Source: an uncultured delta proteobacterium (GTDB lineage: Bacteria > Desulfobacterota > Desulfobaccia > Desulfobaccales > 0-14-0-80-60-11). Taken from it: a stretch of DNA of 64,000 nucleotides. Position numbers and translations under genes: made by a program. The stretch covers positions 1,504,001-1,568,000 of the forward strand of contig CAWETI010000003.1 in assembly GCA_963812015.1 (NCBI GenBank), read 5' to 3'. The notes beneath the pieces are model-generated. The model saw only the letters and a list, made by a program, of their open reading frames with translations, did no database searches and had not been told where the DNA came from. Shown piece by piece: positions 57,184 through 64,000 of this stretch (positions are counted from its first letter, which is position 1; every line of letters begins with the position of its first letter).

Positions 57184-57396
57184 TGCTGTGATGCATAGGT
57201 GTTTGATAAAAATCGAGCCAGGTGAATGGAGGATGGGTTAAATCCCCCTGGAGAAAAATGAGGTCGAACCCCCGGTTTTGAATATCATATCAATGGTGAG
57301 ACGCCACACTAGCGGGGCCTGCCACCCGGCAAGACGCCCTGGAACCCGGACCGGCCCCTGACCGCCGGAAAAAATCACGGGAGAGGAAAGGCATAC

Positions 57397-57810
57397 ATGA
57401 AGGTCAAAGAGATCATGGTGAAAGAGGTGGCCACTTTGGACGTCAACGACGAACTCAGCCTGGCCAATGATATCATGCGATTGGGAAGGATACGGCATCT
57501 CCCGGTGGTGGATGGCACCCGGCTGGTGGGGATTGTCTCGGAGCGGGACCTGTTCCGCAGCTCCCTGGCCGAGGCCCTGGGTTACGCCTCCAAGGACACC
57601 CGGGATTTGATGAAAACCCTCCGCATCAAGGATGTCATGGTGACCGGGGTGATTACCATTCCTCCGGATACCAAACTCTGTGAAGCGACGAAAATGATGA
57701 TAGAGGAGAAAATCGGCTGCCTGCCGGTGGTGGAAGACAACCTGCTGGTGGGCCTGATTACGGAAACCGACATCCTGATGCAGTATGTAAAAGAATGCGA
57801 AAAGCGTTAG
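57397..57810 (+). CDS. CBS-pair protein
   Basis: IRHLPVVD..LVGIVSERD and IGCLPVV...LVGLITETD. Confidence 0.92.
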   Translation: MKVKEIMVKEVATLDVNDELSLANDIMRLGRIRHLPVVDGTRLVGIVSERDLFRSSLAEALGYASKDTRDLMKTLRIKDVMVTGVITIPPDTKLCEATKMMIEEKIGCLPVVEDNLLVGLITETDILMQYVKECEKR

Positions 57811-57844
57811 GTCGCCTCTCGCCCGGATCGTGGGGCGCAGGCAC

Positions 57845-57880
57845 AAAAGAAGCGGGCCTTAGGGCCCGCTTGCTTTTTTT
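57845..57880. terminator. Bidirectional intrinsic terminator
   Basis: aaaagaagcgggcc-ttag-ggcccgcttgcttttttt between convergent genes. Confidence 0.8.
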
Positions 57881-57907
57881 GAACCCGGCGCCGCGTTGCC
57901 GCCCCGG

Positions 57908-58825
57908 TTAAATATACGTCAGCCAATCCTGGTAGCGGGCATTCTGGCCCTTAACCACCGCGAAATAAGCCTCCTGGATCTTCTGGGTGATGGGGCCGGG
58001 GTGCCCCGGACCGATGACCCTGCCGTCCACTTCCCGGATGGGGGTGACTTCCGCCGCCGTGCCGGTAAGGAAGGCCTCGTCCGCCAGGTAAAGCTCATCC
58101 CGTGAAAACCGCTCATCCTTTACCGTCAGGCCCATGTCCTGGGCCATCGTGATGATGCAGTCCCGGGTGATGCCCGGCAGGATGGACGTCAAGGGGGGCG
58201 TCTTGATGATGCCGCCTTTGACGATGAAGATGTTTTCCCCGGAGGCCTCGCATACATACCCGGCGGTATCCAGCAGCAACGCCTCATCGTAGCCCGCATG
58301 CACGGCCTCGAGTTTGGCCATGATGGAGTTGACGTAGTTTCCCACGGTCTTGGTCTTGGTCATCATGATGTTGACGTGGTGCCGGGTGAAGGATGAGGTT
58401 TTGACTCGGATGCCCCGGTGCAGGCCCTCATCGCCCAGATAGGCGCCCCAGACCCAACTGATAATCGCCACCTGTATGGGGGCGCCCTTGGGGTGGAGCC
58501 CCATGACCCCTTCCCCTAAAAACACCAGGGGCCGGATATAGGCCTCCTTCTGCCCGTTGAGCCGCAGAATTTCGCAGCAGGCTGCCTCGACCTCATCCTG
58601 CTTGAAGGGAATGTCGATCATCGTGACATGGGCGGAATCGTACAGGCGCTGGATATGCTCCTTCAGCCGGAAAATGGCGGTGCGGCCATCGTGACATTGA
58701 TACGCCCGAATGCCTTCAAAAACTCCCAACCCGTAATGTAGGGTGTGCGTCAGGACGTGGACCTGGGCCTGCTCCCAGGGGATGAATTTGCCGTCGAACC
58801 AGATAAACTTGGCCTTTTCCACCAT
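57908..58825 (-). CDS. ilvE: Branched-chain amino acid aminotransferase
   Basis: [40 protein letters not shown]. Confidence 0.96.
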   Translation of the reverse strand: MVEKAKFIWFDGKFIPWEQAQVHVLTHTLHYGLGVFEGIRAYQCHDGRTAIFRLKEHIQRLYDSAHVTMIDIPFKQDEVEAACCEILRLNGQKEAYIRPLVFLGEGVMGLHPKGAPIQVAIISWVWGAYLGDEGLHRGIRVKTSSFTRHHVNIMMTKTKTVGNYVNSIMAKLEAVHAGYDEALLLDTAGYVCEASGENIFIVKGGIIKTPPLTSILPGITRDCIITMAQDMGLTVKDERFSRDELYLADEAFLTGTAAEVTPIREVDGRVIGPGHPGPITQKIQEAYFAVVKGQNARYQDWLTYI

Positions 58826-58992
58826 CTAGCGTACCTCCGGAAGACTTGCTGAAAATTTGTATCGTTTCAGGCCGCGGTTGTCAAACCCTATTTCCTCCGG
58901 TTTTCATTGCCTTGAGAACCACTTTTCCGGTATCATGGGCAAAACGGCGGGGCCGGTTGCGCCCGGCCTTATTCTTGGCTGCGGGTGCTTCT

Positions 58993-59937
58993 ATGAGCGA
59001 ACCGGTGAAAGTGGGCGTAATTGGCGTTGGTTATTTGGGCCGTTTCCACGCGGAAAAGTATGCTGCATTGGCCGAAACCGAGTTGGTGGGCGTGGCCGAC
59101 CTGAACCGAGATCAGGCCCGCAAGGTCGCCCACGCCGTGCAGACCCAGGACTTTGTCGACTACCGCGAGCTTCTGCCCCAGGTGGCGGCGGTGAGTGTGG
59201 CCGTCCCCACCTCCCAGCACTTTGCGGTGGTCCGGGACTGTCTGGCGGCCGGGTGCCAGGTGCTGGTGGAAAAGCCCATCACCGTCACCGTGGCCGAAGC
59301 CGACGAGCTGGTGCACCTGTCCCGGGAGCGGGGCCTCATCCTCATGGTGGGCCACCTGGAGCGGTTTAACTCCGCCATGGAAGAGCTCAAAAGCCGGGTG
59401 ACCCAGCCTCGGTTCATCGAGAGCCACCGCCTGTCGTTCTTCAAGGAGCGGGGCACCGACGTGGACGTAGTCCTTGATTTGATGATCCATGATCTGGATC
59501 ACGTCCTCACCCTGGTGCCGGCCCCCGTGACCGAGATTCGCGCCGCCGGCATCTGCGTCCTCACCGACCGGGTGGACCTGGCCAACGTCAGGCTGGAGTT
59601 CGGCGACGGCTGCATCGCCAACCTTACCGCCTCCCGCATGTCTTTCAAGAGTATGCGCAAGTTCCGCCTCTTCCAGCCCGATGCCTACCTGGCGGTGGAT
59701 TTTGAAAACCGGGAACTCACTGCCGCCTCCCGGAAGGAAGGGGCCATGGGGCCGCTGCCGGGGGTAGCCCTGGAAACCCGCCGGTTTTCCCAGGAAGACG
59801 TGCTGCTCAAAGAGATCGTGGCCTTTGTCCAGACCATCCAGGACGGCGGCGAAGCGCCCATCCCCGGCGAGGCCGGCCGGGCCGCCCTGGACCTGGCCCT
59901 GGAAATCAACGCCGCCATGAAATTAGCCAAGGGGTGA
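58993..59937 (+). CDS. Gfo/Idh/MocA oxidoreductase, GnnA-like
   Basis: GVGYLGRFHA, VEKP, GHLERFN, DVVLDLMIHD; directly upstream of lpxB. Confidence 0.8.
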   Translation: MSEPVKVGVIGVGYLGRFHAEKYAALAETELVGVADLNRDQARKVAHAVQTQDFVDYRELLPQVAAVSVAVPTSQHFAVVRDCLAAGCQVLVEKPITVTVAEADELVHLSRERGLILMVGHLERFNSAMEELKSRVTQPRFIESHRLSFFKERGTDVDVVLDLMIHDLDHVLTLVPAPVTEIRAAGICVLTDRVDLANVRLEFGDGCIANLTASRMSFKSMRKFRLFQPDAYLAVDFENRELTAASRKEGAMGPLPGVALETRRFSQEDVLLKEIVAFVQTIQDGGEAPIPGEAGRAALDLALEINAAMKLAKG

Positions 59938-61406
59938 AAATTTGGGCGAAAAGGGGGAAAGGGAAAAAGGCGAAAAGGAAAATGCCAGGTTGTGCTTCGT
60001 GGATAGGGCAAATAGGTGCAAAGGGTAATATGAAGGGCAATACAATAAAAAATATTAACCCTTTTCGCCCTTTCGCCTTTTCCCCTTTTAACCCGGGGCG
60101 TAAGCCCCCCCGCATCCTCATCGTCGCCGGGGAGGCGTCCGGGGATGACCATGCGGCCAGGCTGGTGGCGGCCGTCCGGGAGTTCTGCCCCGCCGCGCAG
60201 TTCTTCGGGGTGGGGGGCGAAGCCATGGCTGCCCAGGGGGTGCGGATTCTCACCCCGGCTTCACAGCTGGCGGTGGTGGGCCTCCTGGAAGTGGTGGGTC
60301 GGCTGCCCGCGATCTGGCAGGCCTTGCGAACCATCGGCCGGACCCTGAAAACGGTCCGCCCGGACCTGGCCATCCTGGTGGATTTTCCCGACTTCAATTT
60401 CTGGGTGGCCCGGCTGGCCAGGTACTGGCGGGTGCCGGTGATGTACTACATCAGCCCCCAGGTGTGGGCCTGGCGCACCTACCGGGTGAAAACCCTCGCC
60501 CGCCTCACCGAACGGATGGTGGTGATCTTCCCCTTTGAGGCCGACTTCTACCGGCAGCGGGGCGTGACCGTGGATTACGTGGGCCACCCCTTTCGGGAAA
60601 CCCTGCCGCCCCTGCCGGACCGACGCACCTTCCTGGCCCAGCACGGCCTAGACCCGGAGCGCCTTACCATCGCCCTCCTCCCCGGCAGCCGGGGCAGCGA
60701 AATCGAGCGGCACCTGCCCATTATCCTGAAGGCGGCCAAACTCATCCACCAGGCCATCCCCCAAACCCAGTTTCTCCTGCCCCTGGCCTCCACCGCCCCG
60801 GAGGGGCTGGTGGAGAGGATAGTGGAGGAGTTTTGGAGTGATTTGAGTGGAGGAGCGGGGGACTTTTTCGTAAGGGTTCCCCCGCCCTCCCCTCAAACTC
60901 CCCTCCGACCCCCCTGTAAGGGGTTGGGGGAGGGGGATTGGGGGAGGGGGCAGGGGCTGTCCGCCCCTGGCCCCCTCCCCCAAAACCATATTCTGCGCAT
61001 CATTCCCGGCCAGGCCTACCAGGCCCTGGGAGCGGCGCACGTCGCGGTGGTGGCCTCAGGCACGGCCACGGTGGAGGCGGCCTTGGCGGGGGTGCCCACG
61101 GTCATTGTTTACCGGGTGGCGCCCTTCACCTTTGCAGTGGCCCGCCGGCTCATCCGGGTGGAGCATGTGGGGATGGCCAATCTCCTGGCCGAAGAGCGCG
61201 TCTTCCCTGAGCTTATTCAGGACGACTTTACCCCGGAGCATTTGGCCCGGGAGGTTTTTGGTCTCATCCGGGACCCGGATCGCATGATTGCGGTGCGCCG
61301 GGGGCTGGCCGCGGTGATCCGGCGCCTGGGGGAGCCGGGGGCCTCGGCCCGGGCCGCCCGGGTAGCGGTGGAATTGATGGGTTCAAAGAATGAGCCGGGG
61401 AGATAA
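59934..61406 (+). CDS. lpxB: Lipid-A-disaccharide synthase with repeat-derived insertions (alternative start ATG 60030)
   Basis: AGEASGD, VDFPDFN, YISPQVWAWR, IFPFE, VGHP, LPGSR.SE, SGTAT.E, PELIQ. Confidence 0.92.
   Translation: MKIWAKRGKGKKAKRKMPGCASWIGQIGAKGNMKGNTIKNINPFRPFAFSPFNPGRKPPRILIVAGEASGDDHAARLVAAVREFCPAAQFFGVGGEAMAAQGVRILTPASQLAVVGLLEVVGRLPAIWQALRTIGRTLKTVRPDLAILVDFPDFNFWVARLARYWRVPVMYYISPQVWAWRTYRVKTLARLTERMVVIFPFEADFYRQRGVTVDYVGHPFRETLPPLPDRRTFLAQHGLDPERLTIALLPGSRGSEIERHLPIILKAAKLIHQAIPQTQFLLPLASTAPEGLVERIVEEFWSDLSGGAGDFFVRVPPPSPQTPLRPPCKGLGEGDWGRGQGLSAPGPLPQNHILRIIPGQAYQALGAAHVAVVASGTATVEAALAGVPTVIVYRVAPFTFAVARRLIRVEHVGMANLLAEERVFPELIQDDFTPEHLAREVFGLIRDPDRMIAVRRGLAAVIRRLGEPGASARAARVAVELMGSKNEPGR
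60830..60986. repeat. Three-hairpin palindromic element inserted in frame in lpxB
   Basis: Bounded by gttttgg/ccaaaac; three GC-rich hairpins; 17-mer gttcccccgccctcccc also at 1468-1484. Confidence 0.75.
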
Positions 61407-61619
61407 ACCTTGCCTGTGAAATTAACGGTCTTATATTGAAAAAGTGAAGGGAAATGATTTCCTGGAATAAGCAATCCCTTGCGCCGGGCAGGCGGCGCGA
61501 CAAAAAGAATTATTTCGATAATTATTCAAAGGCGTTAGCCTGCGTCTGCACAGGCTGCAAGTCTGTGTCGCCAAAAAACAAAAACTAAAAACCGAAAAGC
61601 GTTTCTAAGGAGGTGGCCC

Positions 61620-62672
61620 TTGATCAAAAAAATCCAATCCTTGTTGGGCGCAGAGGCCGATGATCTGTTGAAGCACAAGTGCAAAGGCTTCCCCAAAGAG
61701 AGCCTGCACCTGCCCGGGCCCGATTTTATCGACCGGGTCTGGATGATGAGCGACCGGACCCCCGGGGTCTTGCGCTCCCTGGCCGCTCTGTTCGGGCACG
61801 GCCGCCTGGCCGGCACCGGCTACCTCTCCATCCTGCCGGTGGACCAGGGCGTGGAGCATTCCGCCGCCGCCTCTTTTTCTCCGAACCCCCTGTATTTCGA
61901 CCCGGAGAACATCGTCAAGCTAGCCATCGCCGGGGGCTGCAACGCGGTGGCCTCCACCCTGGGGGTGCTGGGCGCGGTGTCCCGGAAATACGCCCACAAG
62001 ATCCCCTTCATCGTCAAAATCAACCACAACGAGATGCTGGCCTACCCCAATTTTTACGACCAGACCCTGTTTGCCTCGGTGGAGCAGGCCTTCGACCTGG
62101 GCGCGGTGGCTGTGGGGGCCACCATCTATTACGGCTCCCCGGAGTGCCGCCGGCAAATCCAGGAGATTTCCGAGGCCTTCAAGGTGGCCCACGAGTTAGG
62201 CATGGCCTGCATCCTCTGGTGCTACCTGCGCAACCCCGCCTTCAAGACGGCAGAGGGGGATTTCCACGCCTCCGCCGACCTCACCGGGCAGGCCAACTAC
62301 CTGGGGGTGACCATCGAGGCGGACATCATCAAGCAGAAGCTGGCCGAGAACAACGGTGGCTACAAGGCGGTAAAATTCGGTAAAACCAGCGAGCTGGTCT
62401 ACACCAAGCTGGCGGGCCCGCACCCCATCGATCTGTGCCGCTACCAGGTGGCCAACTGCTTTATGGGACGGGCGGGGCTCATCAACTCCGGGGGAGGCTC
62501 CGGCAAAAACGACCTGGCCGACGCGGTGCGCACCGCGGTAATCAACAAGCGGGCCGGGGGCATGGGGCTTATTTCCGGGCGCAAGACTTTCCAGCGGCCC
62601 ATGCAGGAGGGGGTGGAACTCTTCAACGCCATCCAGGACGTCTATCTCTGCAAAGAGGTGGAAGTGGCCTGA
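61620..62672 (+). CDS. fbaB: Class I fructose-bisphosphate aldolase (DhnA/FbaB type)
   Basis: [47 protein letters not shown]. Confidence 0.95.
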   Translation: MIKKIQSLLGAEADDLLKHKCKGFPKESLHLPGPDFIDRVWMMSDRTPGVLRSLAALFGHGRLAGTGYLSILPVDQGVEHSAAASFSPNPLYFDPENIVKLAIAGGCNAVASTLGVLGAVSRKYAHKIPFIVKINHNEMLAYPNFYDQTLFASVEQAFDLGAVAVGATIYYGSPECRRQIQEISEAFKVAHELGMACILWCYLRNPAFKTAEGDFHASADLTGQANYLGVTIEADIIKQKLAENNGGYKAVKFGKTSELVYTKLAGPHPIDLCRYQVANCFMGRAGLINSGGGSGKNDLADAVRTAVINKRAGGMGLISGRKTFQRPMQEGVELFNAIQDVYLCKEVEVA

Positions 62673-62835
62673 AGCGGCAGGGGAGGGGCGGAGTGGGGGA
62701 TTTCGCTCCACACCCCACCCCTGAGCCGACAGCAAGGCGAGGTGCAGGGCTCCCCGGCCTCATCCCTGAAAAAGGGTCCCCGGCAGGGCCATCCATGGCC
62801 CTGCCGTTTCTGTTCAAGGGACCGGTGAACACGAC

Positions 62836-63564
62836 TTAGCTTTGGGGTTTGGGCTGCCGCTTCCAGTAAAACGCCAGCCCCACCAAGCCTGAGATCAGGA
62901 GCACCGGGGTGCCGGGTAAGGCGAGAGGTTGGGAACCATCGATGGGAAGACATACCTCGTTGAAGGGAAAGTCATCCGTGCGGACAGTTATCCTTTGATT
63001 GGCGCTGATACCTTCATCCCAGAGCCTGATTTTTTGCATGGCCGCCCCATAATAATCAAATGATTGCCCTCCCTGGCCAAAAGGCCCTTGAAAATTAGCC
63101 CAAGTCATAGCTGGCATAGCAGGACGGTTCGACCCATGCGGCTGGATGGCACAGGGCTGACCATCACTCCTTAAGAATTGCCCCCCTTCATTTCCCTGGC
63201 CGCGGCTATCCGAATAAATAGAGATAATTTTGTGATAATCCCGCCCCGCGTAATTCCCTAAAGCAGTATCCCGGCCGATGGATAAATTAGGGATAAAATG
63301 AACCTTTGCCCAATATGGCAACCTGACCAGGGATTTAACGAGATGGTCTGCAAGATCGGTTATTCTCACACCGGCGTAATCATCACCTGATATTAAGCAA
63401 TACGGGTGAAGAGACCAATTGGCGAAGGCACTGGCCGTATCCACCGATGGAGATGCTTCAGTGCCTGGCGAATAATTGGCATCAAAAGTTGTGGCACGGA
63501 CCGGATAACTCGCTAATATTATGAGCAAAGCTATCCTCAACGCAAATAATAACTGTCTCTTCAT
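62836..63564 (-). CDS. Secreted protein with a degenerate PEP-CTERM/VPLPG-like sorting tail
   Basis: Signal peptide; C-terminal PLALPGTPVLLISGLVGLAFYWKR; lower GC than its neighbours. Confidence 0.55.
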   Translation of the reverse strand: MKRQLLFALRIALLIILASYPVRATTFDANYSPGTEASPSVDTASAFANWSLHPYCLISGDDYAGVRITDLADHLVKSLVRLPYWAKVHFIPNLSIGRDTALGNYAGRDYHKIISIYSDSRGQGNEGGQFLRSDGQPCAIQPHGSNRPAMPAMTWANFQGPFGQGGQSFDYYGAAMQKIRLWDEGISANQRITVRTDDFPFNEVCLPIDGSQPLALPGTPVLLISGLVGLAFYWKRQPKPQS

Positions 63565-64000
63565 TGGCGCATCCTTCTTATCCGAGCTGGCTGGTGGGGG
63601 GGGCAAGGCAGTTCTGCTTTTGGACCTGGTGCAGCAGTCAGAAGCCTGGCGCCGGTTGGCCCGAGGCGATGCAAGGATATGGGCGTGGTGGCGATGAGGT
63701 GAAGGATGTGCTGGGTGGGGCCCCGGAGGGCCCCTGGGGAAGAAGCTGAGGAATCGTTTGTTGCGGCCCTGGCCCAGAGGTCGGGGCTCAGTCGCGGCCA
63801 CCTGCAGACAGCCAGCGGGGCCACAACTGAGGCCCCCGGCAAGGAAGCCGCTGGTTCCAAAGCAACTCGCACTATCCTGTGCAGATTCCCGCGTCGACTT
63901 GACAATGCGGGTCTCCTCTCATCCATGAGAGTTTGTCAGTCGTCATGGCGCTGCTCCTTCCTGGAACGCCTGCCACGGCGACTGTAGGCGGATAGTTTAA

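Noticed and set aside
63825..63860. SRP RNA-like motif (ggcccccggcaaggaagccgc)
   Set aside because: Poor match to the domain IV consensus and no long flanking helix

Overview
GC-rich bacterial chromosomal window, most consistent with an anaerobic Desulfobacterota/deltaproteobacterium (inferred from gene content, not from a database search). Main blocks in order: (1) a Cache/HAMP adenylate cyclase and spmA/spmB, divergent from a cell-wall glycan operon (polysaccharide deacetylase, DUF4015-type hydrolase, serine hydrolase-NamZ fusion); (2) a complete Tad/Flp pilus locus (15.6-28.2 kb) headed by three tandem flp pilin genes and followed by a NarL-type two-component pair; (3) an isolated rplY; (4) a radical SAM/hpnJ/hpnK cluster; (5) an EhaR-like HAD gene plus pfkB, hsp20-lon and acpS; (6) a sigma54-driven GT2 gene; (7) a four-gene operon (cNMP-rhodanese-MauE fusion, lipoprotein, secreted protein, small glutaredoxin-like protein); (8) a 6S-like RNA, efp, ftsB, a MesB-like methionine synthase, ilvE, a gnnA-like gene, lpxB and fbaB. 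The best signals absent from the ORF track are a 74-aa glutaredoxin-like ORF with two in-frame UGA codons, each followed by a SECIS-like hairpin (52952-53176); palindromic repeat elements translated in frame inside lpxB; a rod-shaped 6S-like ncRNA; and three small ORFs (flp1, a 34-aa membrane peptide, an RCKP rubredoxin-like protein). No CRISPR array, rRNA, tRNA, transposase or integrase was recognised. All family assignments come from motif recognition by eye.
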